Assembly (NCBI GenBank): GCA_964016885.1
Contig: OZ024754.1
Span: 2,480,001-2,544,000, forward strand
DNA: 64,000 bases
Origin: Eledone cirrhosa
Taxonomy: Eukaryota
Direction of reading: 5' to 3'
Under the pieces are notes generated by a model that had not been told where the DNA came from, searched no databases, and worked only from the letters and a program-made list of their open reading frames with translations. This document shows positions 1-15,075 of this stretch, one piece after another. Position 1 is the first letter of the stretch. Every line of letters begins with the position of its first letter. Position numbers and translations under genes: made by a program.

Positions 1-504
1 TAGAGTCTAAAATTTAAGCAGAATAATCTACTGTAATTTAGTTAAGATGTCATATTGTTTCTGCTAATCTTTTTCTTATTATCTTCTGATCATTTCCAAG
101 GTTTTGTGTTCTAAACTGTTCTCTTTTTTAAATTATTGAAATTGATATTACTGTTGCAGTTTTCATTCCTAATTTTGCCTTAAAAAATAATAAAGAAAAG
201 GAATTTAAAAAAAAAATAGTAATCCAAAGTTTTATTTTATTTTATTTTACTTTCTCCATTTTTTTACATTTCCTTAATTTCTTTCTTTCTTTCTTTCTTT
301 CTTTCTTACTTTCTTCTTCTTCTTAGTTGTTTTCTTCTTCTTCTTCTTCGTTGTTTTCTTCTTCTTCTTCTTCTTCTTCTTCTTCTTCTCCTCCACCTTC
401 TACCGTGTGTTCTATACGTGTATATTATAACACCTTTTTCAACGATTCACTACAATTTACAGCCATCATTATGACATCTTATGACACCACCATTACACGG
501 TAGA

Positions 505-690
505 TTGGCAGTATCGGTAGAGCGTCGGACACCATGCTTTGCAGCATAGAGTTACCGCCCTTAATGGTCTGAGTTCAAATCCCGCCGAGGGTAACTTTGC
601 CTTTCATCCTTACGGGGTCGATAAAATAAAGTACCAGTAATGCACTGGGATAATTGCTGGGCTTGGGCCAAAAGTAGAAACATTTATTAT
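505..690 (+). mobile_element. tRNA-derived SINE (main family), near full length
   Basis: A-box-like TGGCAGTATCGG, B-box GAGTTCAAATCC, conserved body GCCTTTCATCCTTACGGGGTCGATAAAATAAAGTACC, (ATT)n-like tail; about 18 copies in window. Confidence 0.9.
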
Positions 691-777
691 CATCGTCATT
701 ATCATCATCATCGTCATCATCATCATTATCGTCATTATTGTCATCATCATCATATCATTACCTTCATCATTATTGTC

Positions 778-952
778 ATCGGTAGAGGGTCGGACGCCAT
801 GCTTTGACGCATAGAGTTACGGCCCTTGCCATTCTGAGTTCAAATCCCGCCGAGGTCAACTTTGCCTTTCATCCTTACGGGGTCGATAAAATAAAGTACC
901 AGTAATACACTGGGTAATTGCTGGCCTTGTGCCAAAAGTAGAAACAATTATT
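778..952 (+). mobile_element. tRNA-derived SINE (main family)
   Basis: Same B-box, body and tail as 505-690. Confidence 0.9.
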
Positions 953-1194
953 GTCATCAAAATCATCAATAACATCATCCTAGATAACACCATCCTCACT
1001 ACAACCATAAAGATTATTGCCCACTATCAAAACCATCATCACCCCCAGCATCACTAGCACCACCATCATCACCCCAGCATCAGTAGTACCACCATCAGCA
1101 TCAAATGCCTAAATCAGAAACCATTATGATACAATACTTGACAAGGTTTCAGTTTATTTGATGGCCTTCCATCTTTCGTCTAGACAATTCTACT

Positions 1195-1465
1195 CAGAAG
1201 GGCTCTGCCAGCCAGAAGCTGTGATAGTAAACACTTGTTGGAGTTGCTACCCTGTTGACTCAAGTGAAGGGCTCTGCCCGCCAGAGGCTATGATAGTAAA
1301 CACTTGTTGGAGTTGCTACCCTGTTGACTCAAGTGAAGGGCTCTGCCTGCCAGAGGCTATGATAGTAAACACTTGTTGGAGTTGCTACCCTGTTGACTCC
1401 AGTGAAGGGCTCTGCCAGCCAGAGGCTATGATAGTAAATACTCGGTGGAGTTGCTACCCTGTCGA
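1195..1465 (+). repeat. 69-bp minisatellite, about 4 copies
   Basis: Unit ...GAAGGGCTCTGCCAGCCAGAGGCTATGATAGTAAACACTTGTTGGAGTTGCTACCCTGTTGACTC...; gives a 23-aa repeat in ORF 1158-1508. Confidence 0.9.
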
Positions 1466-1774
1466 ATCGAGCTCTTATGATTCAGAAGGGAACTTTTTAA
1501 CCACTTAGACATATGTGAGAATACATTCATCCTCATCACCATAATCACAACAAGCACCCCCACCATCATTATCACTACCGTCGTCTCCTCCCCGTCGTCC
1601 TCCTCCATAACCTCCCCGCTCCTCCTACTGTTCCTCATCACCTTCATCATCATTACCATCATCATTATCACCAACATCATCATCATTATCACTACCATCC
1701 TCCTCATCCCATTAGATGTGTAGAGATGCGTGTGAATATGTGTACTTATTATGTGCCTATGTATATATTAGAGT

Positions 1775-2420
1775 GTGTGACGGTGTGTGACTGTGTGTGA
1801 CTGTGTGTGACTGTGTGTGACTGTGTGTGACGGTGTGTGACTGAGTGTGACTGAGTGTGACTGTATGTGACCGTGTGTGACCGTATGTGATTGTGTGTGA
1901 CTGTCTGTGTATGTGTGTGTCTGTGTGTCTGTGTGTGACTGTATGTGACTGTGTGTGACTGTATGTGACTGTGTGTGTCTGTGTGTGGCTGTGTATGACT
2001 GTATGTGACTGTGTGTGACTGTGTGTCTGTGTGTGACTGTATGTGACTGTGTGTGATTGTGTGTCTTTGTGTGTCTGTGTGTGACTGTGTGTGACTGTAT
2101 GTGACTGTGTGTGTCTGTGTGTGGCTGTGTGTGACTGTGTGTCTGTGTGTGACTGTATGTGACTGTGTGTGACTGTGTCTGTGTGTGTCTGTGTGTGTCT
2201 GTGTGTGACTGTGTGTGACTGTATGTGACTGTATGTGAGTTATGTGACTCTGTGTGTCTGTGTGTGACTGTGTGTGCCTGTGTGTGACTGTGTGTGCCTG
2301 TGTGTGACTGTATGTGACTGTGTGTGACAGTATGTGACTGTGTGTGTGTGTATATGTGTGTGTCCTCGTGTGTCTGTGTGTGTGTGTGTATGTGTGTATG
2401 TATGTGTGTGTGTGGGCGTG
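1775..2420. repeat. (TG)n-derived decamer satellite (CTGTGTGTGA)n
   Basis: Direct inspection. Confidence 0.9.
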
Positions 2421-2646
2421 AGAGAGAGAGTGAGAGAAAGAGAGAAAGTTAATATATATTTTAGAGGTCTGGTCGAGTGATTAAAAACTTCGCTTTGCAA
2501 TCATAAGTTTCCAGGTTCTCTCCACTGTAAGATATTTTACCACAGCCTTCCAGCTAAATCATATACACACCTACATCTATATATACATCTATATATACAT
2601 ACATATATATATATATACATACATACATACATATATATATACATAC

Positions 2647-2761
<115 letters not shown>

Positions 2762-2854
2762 TATATATATATATATATATATATACATCTATATATACAT
2801 CTATATATACATACATATACATATATATATATATATATATTTATATATCAATAT

Positions 2855-3150
2855 ATATACCCACCCTGTGTATTAAAGTCATTCATATGCACATCTCCAT
2901 CTCTGTATACAACCATCCTCTATATTAAAGTCATTTATATACACCATCCATCTCTCTCTATATATATACGTATATATACACCCACCCTCTATATTAAAGT
3001 CATCTCTATACACACCTCCATCTATATATATATATACACCCACCTTGTGTATTAAAGTCATTTATATACACACACCTCCCTATATATATACACCCACCCC
3101 GAGTATTAAAGTCATTTATATACACACCCTCCCTCTATATATACACCCAC
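2855..3150. repeat. Imperfect ~40-bp tandem repeat
   Basis: Recurrent TACACCCACC...TATTAAAGTCAT. Confidence 0.7.
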
Positions 3151-3311
3151 CTTCGTTTGTTTCATTTAAAGTCTTTCAAATATTCTTTATATATTTTCTA
3201 CTGTATTATGTTCCCTTTATTATTCAAACTCTGTGAGCGTATGTTTGTGTATATGTATATATGTGTTTACATCTATACATACACATACAAATATATACCT
3301 ACATCAATATG

Positions 3312-3413
<102 letters not shown>

Positions 3414-3425
3414 TATATATATATG

Positions 3426-3464
<39 letters not shown>

Positions 3465-3537
3465 ATATATACATACATATATATACATATATATATATGT
3501 GCATATATATAGACATGACAACCCGTAATTTAATTTT

Positions 3538-3582
<45 letters not shown>

Positions 3583-3732
3583 TACACATATATACATATA
3601 CATATATACATATATATACATACATACATATACATATATACACATACATACATATACATATACATACATACATACATACATACATACATACATACATACA
3701 TACATACATACATACATACATACATACATACA

Positions 3733-3764
<32 letters not shown>

Positions 3765-4138
3765 GATAGATATATATACACAATATGTACCCCTTTAACA
3801 TTTCTTGGTAGGATAGATGGAGATAGTGAGAAGTCGGAAGTGATTTTACGAATGAGCTTCTTTCCACTGAACTGCCGTGAATCTATGGAAGTACATTAGT
3901 CGCATTAATTGTATTAAAAGGAAAAAAGACGTGTTTTACAAGATCACATAATGGAGCTGATACTAGACATGGAGATTGACAAACTTTATCAAAGAAAATA
4001 CAAGGAGAAGGGGAGAATGAAGATGGAGAAGAAGGAGAAGTAGGAGAGAAGAAGGAGGTGAGAAGAGAAGAAAACAAAATTTGTTATAGAAAAAGCAAAG
4101 AAGGAAGAAGGATGTTATACTAAACGAAACAATGATGA

Positions 4139-4181
<43 letters not shown>

Positions 4182-4541
4182 TATTGAATGGTTGGGGTGT
4201 GTTGGGGTGGTGGAGGAAGTGGGCTGTGGTGGGGCGTTTTTGTTGTTGTTTTCGTTTAGCTTGGCTTTGTTTTTGTTGCTGTAGTTTGTCTTTTGTTTGC
4301 AGTGTGGTGGTGACGGCGACTACGAAGAAACTGATGTTGAGCGTGCTGATGATGATGCTGCTGCTGCTGATGATGATTTTGATGATGATAATAATGATTA
4401 TATCGTCGATGATGATGATGTCGATAATAAATATGGGGATGGTGATGTGGGTGATAATAATGATGTTGATGAGAGTGGGTGTAGCTTCTCATGATGATGT
4501 GGATGATGATGATGATGATGATGATGGTAATAATGATGATA

Positions 4542-4579
<38 letters not shown>

Positions 4580-4590
4580 CCTCCTCCTCC

Positions 4591-4630
<40 letters not shown>

Positions 4631-5489
4631 TATCCTGATGATTATGATCACTGTAATCTTGTTGATCATAATGATAATGGCAATGATTTTGATAAAATGA
4701 CGTGTGTGATGAAACCAACACTGATAACGGTGACAACGATGATGATGATGATGATGTTCCTGTTGTTGTTGTTGTTGTTGTTGCTGTTAGTGTTTGGGGT
4801 TGTGATGAGAGCGGTGATTGTGTTACTATATATATTACTATTTTCCGAACAAAACCCACTCAAATGTGAAAACTACAAATCTATGTATGTATTTTAATTT
4901 ATTGAAGCGTGTATTGAATAGCGTATTTTTAAATCAAGGAGAAATATTTAATAAATGATGGCAATGGAAGCTGTGATTGAAATTACCATATTGTCATCTG
5001 ACGAGGAAGCCTTTCTCTTCATAGAATTGATGATGTTAATAATAATGAAGACGAAAAAAAATATATAGATTATTTGGGTTGGGTTGGGTTTGGTCGGAAG
5101 GATAGGAAGCAACTAAATATATTGAAAAATATGTATAAAATCTCGTTGAGTGGGTGTTTGTGTGAGGTAGGGTGTTTTAAAAAGTAAAGTATTGTAATAA
5201 TATATAGAAAATATTGTATGGGTAAATGCGTTTATCTCTTTCTCTCCCTTTCTCTCTCTCTCAATTTCTTTATTTCCCTCTCCTCTCACTTCCTCTCTCT
5301 CTCTCTCTCCCTCTCTCTCTTTATAAATATATATATATATGTTTGTGAGTATGTATGTGTGTGTGTTTTGTGAGCGTCGGTGTGTGTGTATGACAGTGGG
5401 CGGTGGTTAGTACATGTGTGTCTGTATGTATGAATGTATGTATATATATAAATATGGGTAAGCAGATTTTATGAATATATATATGTGTG

Positions 5490-5534
<45 letters not shown>

Positions 5535-5603
5535 TTGTATATTTTATGAATATATACATGTGTGTGTATATATATATACACATGTATATTTTATGAATAT
5601 ATA

Positions 5604-5675
<72 letters not shown>

Positions 5676-5676
5676 T

Positions 5677-6030
5677 CTCCAAGAGTTCAACAATATACAG
5701 GCAATAGAATGTTCCAGCATGATCAGAAAAGAATGTACCAAGACCTCCAGGGTAAAATAAGAAATAAAGAGTGACATCGGATACAGAAGCAAAATGTTTT
5801 GGTCAAACATCTGAGATAATATGGTAAAACATAAGAAGAAAGGCGAATGAATGAAGGACTTAAGGTAAAATACAACAAATGTGAAGAAAAGTAATATTGA
5901 AGTAGCAAGGGGAACGCTGTGAATGCAAGCTAAAAAGAAAAGAAAAATATTCACAATTTGAAATGTCCTAGGACCAGATGGGATCCATGGTTTTTGGTTG
6001 AAGAAGTTGACATCTTTACATGAACAGATC
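5677..6030 (+). mobile_element. Decayed R4/Dong-clade non-LTR retrotransposon fragment (region just upstream of the RT core)
   Basis: Translates across frameshifts and stops to [15 protein letters not shown] ... FWSNI*DNMVKH ... GPDGIHGFWLKKLTSLHEQI, matching the R4/Dong-type PGPDGIHGxWLKKLTSLH motif. Confidence 0.8.
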
Positions 6031-6310
6031 AATGTATGCCATGTCAGTGCCAGTCAAAACTATTTCCTGTAACTCTTGCAAAGATGGTTTTTTAAGGTAT
6101 CTGGTTCAGATATATTTCGGCTTCCGTTTTAATCATTCCAAGTTTACCGACATTTCAGGCTTTTTGATGCCAGATTTTCTCAATTTCATTCACCAGAATT
6201 TACATTAACTGAACTTTCGGGAGAGGTTACAAATTGATGGAATACGCATGTCAGTTAAAAAGCAAGCCTTCCTTTTATGGCCCTTAACAATTAATGATTA
6301 TCATCATTAT

Positions 6311-6670
6311 TTGCGGCATAGAGTTACGACCCTTTACGTTCTAAGATAAAAACCCGCCGAGATTAGATTTGCCTTTCATCTTTACGGGGGTCGATTAAAT
6401 AAAGTACCAGTCACGCACTTGGGTCGATTTGGTCTATTCCCCCCTCCCCTTCGAGTTGCGGGCCTTGTGCCTAAACTAGAAACAATTATTATTTGCGGCA
6501 TAGAGTTAGGACTCTTTATGTTCTGAGTTCAAAGCCCACCGAGATTAGCTTACGAGGGGTGGGGGGTTCATAAAATATAGTACCAGTGAAGAACTGGGGT
6601 CGATTTGGTCAAGTTTCCCTTTTCCCTTCAAATTGCTGGCCTTGTGCCCAAAAGTAGAAACAATTATTAT
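6311..6670 (+). mobile_element. Two tandem 5'-truncated main-family SINEs (longer subfamily)
   Basis: Both start TTGCGGCATAGAGTTA (6311, about 6493) and carry an extra GGGTCGATTTGGTC...CCC segment. Confidence 0.85.
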
Positions 6671-7213
6671 GAATATCTTCTCCTTCATCATCATCATCAC
6701 CATTACCATCATCATCATCATAATTTTTTTATTATTGTGTTTATTATTGTTTTTATTAGCTGTTTTAAGATTTGTTTTTAATAGTATTCATTTATAATCC
6801 TGCTATATAATATATATATATATATTATTTATTATGTATTTACGTATATACTATTTGTTAAATTACAAAAAAAAAATAATTTTTTTTTAATACGGCTTGA
6901 TATGTTGTTTTTTTTTTGCTTCATATATAAATATATGTCATCTCATTTTTCCAATTAATATTTCAACGATAAATATACGACGTGGCGTAAGTAGGTGACT
7001 CTTTCTTAGGAATTAGTGTTGGAGAATTTATTAAGTTTCACGGGTTTTTTTTAGGTGATAAGTACATAAAGTTGAGGATATGTTGGGTAGGATGTGTAGT
7101 TATGTGTATTGTGTGTAAGGTGAAGATTTGTCGAGATGATTAATATCAAAACTTAAGGAATTGTTATGGTTTTCATAGGATATTCATTGGCATGTAGATA
7201 GAAAAAATAGCAA

Positions 7214-7262
<49 letters not shown>

Positions 7263-7608
7263 ATGTGTGTGTGCGTATGTATGCATGTGTATGTATGATT
7301 AATTATGTATATATGTACATATATGTATATATATGCATGTATATATATAATTAATTATCTACATATTTATATGTATAAATATTTATATATATATACATAT
7401 ATATATTTATATATATATAATGTGTGTATATATATGAGTGTATACGAGTATGTTTTTGTTTTGTTTGTGGTTTTTTTAGTGTTAATTGCAGATTTGTAAA
7501 TAATATTAAATTCCATCTTACACGTATGACATGTTTTGTATTTTTTTTCGAGAATATCATGTATTTCTCAAACACATTTTATTTCTTTTTTTAATATATA
7601 TATATATA

Positions 7609-7650
<42 letters not shown>

Positions 7651-7755
7651 GCCATATCCACTGTAGAATGTGTGCTTACATTCTTTACAAATTATTCCCT
7701 GTGATTGTCTCATATGTTTATTTTATATATATATATGTCAATCTATTTCTAGTTG

Positions 7756-8188
<433 letters not shown>

Positions 8189-8689
8189 TTAAGTAACAGC
8201 CGTACTAAGGGTGAGAAATGAAATTTCGTTTCATTTTTTTCGTTTATATATATATACTTATGAATAAGCCTGAGGTGGCATGTTAAGTGTCTGGTTTATA
8301 AGTTCTATTCTATAAAAAAAATATATACGAATCATCTTTACATGAAAATTTTCTGTTTTTTCGTTGTTTTGTTTCAATAATTCTCCGTTATTAATAATTG
8401 TAGCTGTTATATTAAATAATTAATTATTTAGAGCGAAGTATCTAGTTACTCTTCTTATCAATTTAAAGAAGGATCTCTGTCACAGATTGATGTTGACGAT
8501 AGAAAATGTTGGCTGGTATTGGTTCTATGTTATATTTTATGTCTAGAATCATAACTGCTGATGATCGAACCCTGTTAAATCTCTATAGATACCAGATGAT
8601 GCTATATTTGTTATTTCCTGGGATATTTTTTACGAATATTTCACAGTATTCTTCGTCTCTTTCAATGTAGTTGTCTTGTCTATCATTCA

Positions 8690-8780
8690 CTCACACATCC
8701 TTCACTCACACATCCTTCATTCACACATCCTTCACTCATACATCATCCACTCACACATTCTTCACTCACATTCTTCACTC
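8690..8780. repeat. 15-bp tandem repeat
   Basis: (CTTCACTCACACATC)n. Confidence 0.8.
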
Positions 8781-9185
8781 ACTCCTCTCTCATCTCTAAT
8801 ATTCTATATTTCTATATTATATCCAACATCTTGTGTTGGATATACGTCAGTTGCGACAATGAATTACCCAGTTTTTCGAACATCGAAATAGCCTACACGT
8901 AAAATTAATGTGCAAGTGGTCCTTAGACCCATGCACCCTTAGGAGGAGAATCTGTGTAACTAGATAAGTGACGCAGCTGGCCTTGTGAATTAGAGCAACA
9001 GCGCATGTTTACCATCTACACGGAGTGAAACAGCATGAATAGTATACTGGTGAAGGTTACAAGGAAGAACCGTAAATTAAATTGGAATTCTTTAGCTGTA
9101 CATGTATTTTTTTCTGCAGTATGGTGTCTTGCAATAGAGAGGGATATTTAGGACAGCAATTTCAGTGGAGGCACATCTAACACTA

Positions 9186-9510
9186 CTTCTTCCAGGCACA
9201 GCTACTGCCATAGTGGAGGCACAGATAACACCATAGCTACTGCCCCTTCTTCCAGGCACAGCTACTGCCACAGTGGAGGCACAACTAACACCATAGTTAC
9301 TGCCTCTTCTTGCAGGCACAGCTAATTCCACAGTAGAGACACAGCTAACACCATAGATACTACCCCTTCTTCCAGGTACAGCTAATTCCACAGTAGAGAC
9401 ACAGCTAACACCATAGATACTACCCCTTCTTCCAGGCACAGCTAATTCCACAGTAGAGACACAGCTAACACCATAGATACTACTCCTTCTTCCAGACACA
9501 GCTAATGTCT
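9186..9510. repeat. 60-bp minisatellite, about 5.5 copies
   Basis: Unit CTTCTTCCAGGCACAGCTAATTCCACAGTAGAGACACAGCTAACACCATAGATACTACCC; open on the minus strand (ORF 9092-9520). Confidence 0.9.
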
Positions 9511-10326
9511 CTTCTTCCAAGACTAAGAAATAAACAAAGAAAACTCATTGTAAACAGCGCTTCTTTTCATTGCTTCGATTTGTTAAAAATATAAGTGAAA
9601 ATAATTTTCAGATCAGGCTCTATCTTCACCAAAAATGAAAGCTCCCATTATCTAATGTAGTTCTCCGCTCCTCTAAAATAAAGGAATGGTCATGGCTTTG
9701 ATAATATGACTGCTCTACAGAGATTGACTTGGGGATATACAGCAGGAAAACCCATAACGAAAACAGCCACCAATTTTATTCTAGCGTTCTATACGTGGGG
9801 TGTTGTATATACGAGTCTCATAACATTTTTTGAGAACTTGATTAATCAATCAGAAATATTTGATGGCATCAGTTATTTGCCAAAACAAAATCACATTAAA
9901 TATTAGTGTAATATATAAGGGAAACTATATGAAAGTGTATAAAAACAGATGATGTGGTTTGGCAGTATGGCTAGATAACCTCCAGTAGCAATATAATGTC
10001 GCCAGGTAGTCCAGTTCAGCCACACTCAAGTTTTAATTTCGATAAGATGGACATCACTTTATAGATATATTTATTAATAATAAATTTGTTGTTGCAGTTG
10101 ATTTTAGTTCAATAGCTGACTTCCAATAGAAGCTGTGGTATTGAATGAGTGGGCAGATAATAGATATTTGCCAAAAGTTGTGACATTTTATATTATTTGA
10201 AGGTGTATAGAATCAATAAGACAAATGTGAATATAAAAGTGCATGTGCTGTTGTTGATGTTGATGTTTAACCCCAGATAATATATTATGGAGTAGGCGAG
10301 TTGACCAAACCCTGAGAATCACATTT

Positions 10327-10365
<39 letters not shown>

Positions 10366-10406
10366 TTGTATATATAAGTATATATGTATATATAAGTATA
10401 TATATA

Positions 10407-10478
<72 letters not shown>

Positions 10479-10494
10479 GAGAGAGACAGATGTA

Positions 10495-11398
10495 CAGGGG
10501 TGGACTGGCAAGCTTGCCAGGTTGGCCAATGGCAAGTGGCAGGGCCCACGGTGGCATTGCAGGGCCCACTCTAGTATTTTAGGGCCCAATGCTTTGCTTT
10601 CCAAAAATACCTGAAATCTAGCAGAAAGAATAGAGAAAGAAATTAAACATGGTTTACAGGTTAAAATATAGTCTAGATAGATGTGAAACAAAACGAGGAT
10701 GTAGTTTATGGGACACCCAAATGATTTAGAAGTCGACCTTAAGTAGGAGCAATAACATTAAGAAAGGCATGAACGACACTACAACACTGTGTTTTGAAAA
10801 TTGTGAAAGTAGGTTTATAAGTATGAATTTTCATAAGAGTTTCGTAGTTGTCTCCGTGGCCCAGTGGTAGATACTAGAGACGGTGGAGATCCTGGTCTGG
10901 GGTTCAATCCTGGTACAAGTAACCTTTTTCAGTTTTTATTTCACAACCAATAGAAAAAAACTGAAAGGGTTTACCGGGAACCCTACTCCCGACTAGGTTC
11001 GAACTTCCAACCGATCTCACCACCAGCTATGATTCCACCAACTAGGGCACCGAGACAGACACGAACGTATAATGAAAATTGATAATTATAAACCTACTTT
11101 CAAAATCAAAGTTAAAAAGTGTGGTTTCGTTCATGGCTTTCATAGAGTTATTAGTAATATTTAGGGTCGACCTCTGGTCATTATTGAAAGTCTCTGGATT
11201 TCGCAAAATATATATTTTTTATTGGAGAAGGTAAGATATTTTTCCGCAAAAATTTGATTGCACTGTTTTGTTTCCACTTAAGTATTTTTCGAAAAAATGT
11301 TATTTATTCATTTTAAAAATTAAATGATAGCATTCTATATGTAGGTGGACCATCTTCATCGCATGGCAACCAATATTTTTAGACCCAGTCCGCCACTG
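10495..11398. mobile_element. Non-autonomous DNA transposon (hAT-like TIRs) with an internal inverted repeat
   Basis: TIRs CAGGGGTGGACTGG (10495-10508) and CCAGTCCGCCACTG (11385-11398), 12/14 match; subterminal AGGGCCCA x3; no clear 8-bp TSD. Confidence 0.7.
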
Positions 11399-11429
<31 letters not shown>

Positions 11430-11449
11430 TTGTGTTTATATATATATAC

Positions 11450-11480
<31 letters not shown>

Positions 11481-11907
11481 AATATATACATATATGAATA
11501 TATATATATATATATATATATATGCGTAAAAACGTATGTGACAATGACTCTATGATCATGTAATCACACATATGATAGACCACATATATATCGATTATAC
11601 ATTTATATTAATATTTAAACAAGTGTAAGTACAGAATTGATAAGGCTCGCTAAAGTATATTCTAGAAATATATCTCAATATTCACAGGCACAAACCTCAT
11701 ATGTGTGATATTATAGAGAAATAAAAAACATTATACATATGTAAGGTTTCACTTATAGTCTCATTCGAAGCAAGGCTTTTCAATCGAATGTGTGTATGGT
11801 ATATACGTATATGTTTGTATGTGTGCTATGCTTTGTATATATGTATGAGTGGTATGGTATGTATGTGTGGTATGGTATGTATGTATGAATAAATGTATAT
11901 ATGTGGG

Positions 11908-11939
<32 letters not shown>

Positions 11940-13453
11940 TAGACACGAATATATGTACATGTTCATAAATATAAACATACATACATACATATATATACAC
12001 ACATACATGCATACATGCATACATACTTACATACATACATACATATGTACATAAATACATATATACATAGTAAATATCTTTATGGATTTAAATAAGAGAG
12101 TGTCATTATATGTACATTTCTGTTTGTGACAGTGTGTATGCAGAAGGCCGGACATCACTGTGTATGCGCACGTATAAGTATATATATATATATATATGTG
12201 TGTGTTTGTGTTTGTTTGGGGGGAGGGGGGGGGCGAAATTTAAATATGCGATATATAAAAACAAAAACAAGAAACAAAGCACACGAAGTCCTGTTGTCAC
12301 ATGGCATTGGTGAAGATGGTGGGACAGGCATCAAAGAAATATTGGATGTGTAGAGTGAGGGGCTGTGACATAGGTAAATAATACATGAGCAGGGGGCCGG
12401 GGAATTGTAAAGCAAAGGATGGATCAGATGTGAGATGGCAAATGTCTATGGATGACTATCTGGACATGTGTGAATTCCAGATCAAAATGACAATTGGGAA
12501 ATAAACAAATTTGAATTGAAAATGTCATTGATAAAATATCCCTTAACAAAAACGGCATCACATTACAACAACAACAACGACGTCAACAACATCAACTATT
12601 TTTATCATTATTATTATTGCTGATTTGATGTTGTTTTTGTTGTCATTATTATTGTTATTGTTAGTGTTATTGTGGTTATTTTTTCGTTGGCCACAAGGAC
12701 CCAACACATTTGGGTTAATATAAGGACGAAAAACAACAGAGAACGGGGGGGGGGGGTTTATATCGAGTAACGGATAAGGGGGAGGAGGAGGATCAACAAA
12801 GAGATAAGAGTAGATATAAAAATAATAACAATTGTAATAATATTAATTCTACAAAAAAATAAAATAATAATAAAATAATATAAAATAAATGAAATCTCTT
12901 TCTTTCTCCTTCCTATTCTAAATCTTCCAAAATGATAAAAATAACAAATATTGTAATAATGATAATAATAATAATAATAATAATGAATCCATAAAATGTA
13001 TAAATACGAGCGAACAGCAGATAACAAAGAATGAATAACGCTAGGACATGTGTAGCGGTGCGGCGGTGTGGTGCTGTGGCGGTGTGGTGCTGTGATGATG
13101 TGGTGGTGTGGCGGTGTGGTGGTGTGGTGTGGCGGTGTGGTGGTGCGGTGGTGTGGTGCTGTGGCGGGGATTATGGAAGGTTCTGCTGTTGGAAAAGAGA
13201 GATGGAGAATAGAGTTTCGCATGTATGTGGTGTGCTGGTGTTGGATGGTGAATGATGATCAAATTAAATATTATACATGTTCCTGGACACACTCCCGTGT
13301 ATACATACACACATACACTTACACACACATACACATACAAACACATACACTTACACACATCCTTCTATGCAAATAGTCTCACATTCCGATACAAATATAT
13401 TAATGTATTCACACGTAAATTTATATGCATATACAAACGCATTTATACATATA

Positions 13454-13517
<64 letters not shown>

Positions 13518-13653
13518 CATATATATATATATATATATGATATATATATATATGTATGCATATATATGATATATATACCCATATATATCTATATACGTAT
13601 ATATACGTATATATGTATAATACATATATATATATATATATACTTATACACAC

Positions 13654-13745
<92 letters not shown>

Positions 13746-13981
13746 ATGCTTACGTTTAATCATATATTTACACACCATGTATAACACATACAAACATACA
13801 CATACACACTTATAGGGATCATTCATGTACATCCATAGAAAATAAAAAGCACAAAACCTACTCGGAAATAATATTCAAGAAATTTCTTTATATAAATAAA
13901 TTAATATACATAAAATCAAATAAATAAATAATCGAATATAGAATAATCAAATAAATGTATAATTAAATATATACATAGACA

Positions 13982-14047
<66 letters not shown>

Positions 14048-14187
14048 TATTTGTAAATATATATATATATTTATATGTAAATGTATATATATATTTATAA
14101 GTGTATATATATATATATTTATAAGTGTATATATATATATATATATATACATATGTGTGTGTGTGTATGTGTATATATATATATATA

Positions 14188-14299
<112 letters not shown>

Positions 14300-14368
14300 A
14301 ATGGTTGGACAGCAAACAAAGATTAAATCTCATCATTTGAACTAGAGGACGACAACAACAACAACGCC

Positions 14369-14400
<32 letters not shown>

Positions 14401-14559
14401 TAAAATGTTGAAGACTTTTACAGATCTCTCGGGATATCAATAATATGACGAAGATGGCGAAGGCGAAACAGTCTGAGGACGAAGTGGAGAGAAATTCTGT
14501 ATCATTACAAACATGTGTACAGCGACAGATACGTGCTATTCAACATGCATGTAGCTTGT

Positions 14560-15075
14560 TATATATGTTATATATATATATATGTTATATATATATTATA
14601 TATATATATATTATATATATATATTATATATATATATGTTATATATATATATGTTATATATATATGTTATACATATATGTTATATATATGTTATATATAT
14701 TTTATATATATGTTATATATGTTTTATATATTTTATATATATGTTATATATATGTTTTATATATTTTATATATATGTTATATATATGTTTTATATATGTT
14801 ATATATATGTTTTATATATTTTATATATATGTTATATATATGTTTTATATATTTTATATATATGTTTTATATATTTTATATATATGTTATATATATGTTT
14901 TATATATTTTATATATATGTTATATATATGTTTTATATATGTTATATATATGTTTTATATATTTTATATATATGTTATATATATGCTTTATATATGTTAT
15001 ATGTGTTATATATATGTTATATATATGTTATATATATGTTATATATATATGTTATATATATGTTATATATATGTT
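14560..15075. repeat. (TA)n-derived compound satellite (TATATATGTT / TATATTTTA)
   Basis: Direct inspection. Confidence 0.85.

Noticed and set aside
4184-4897. Poly-D/H/M ORFs
   Set aside because: Trinucleotide (GAT/CAT/GTT) repeats open in several frames
4995-5035. CTGACGA-GGAAG...CTTC
   Set aside because: GAAA core missing; compatible with chance
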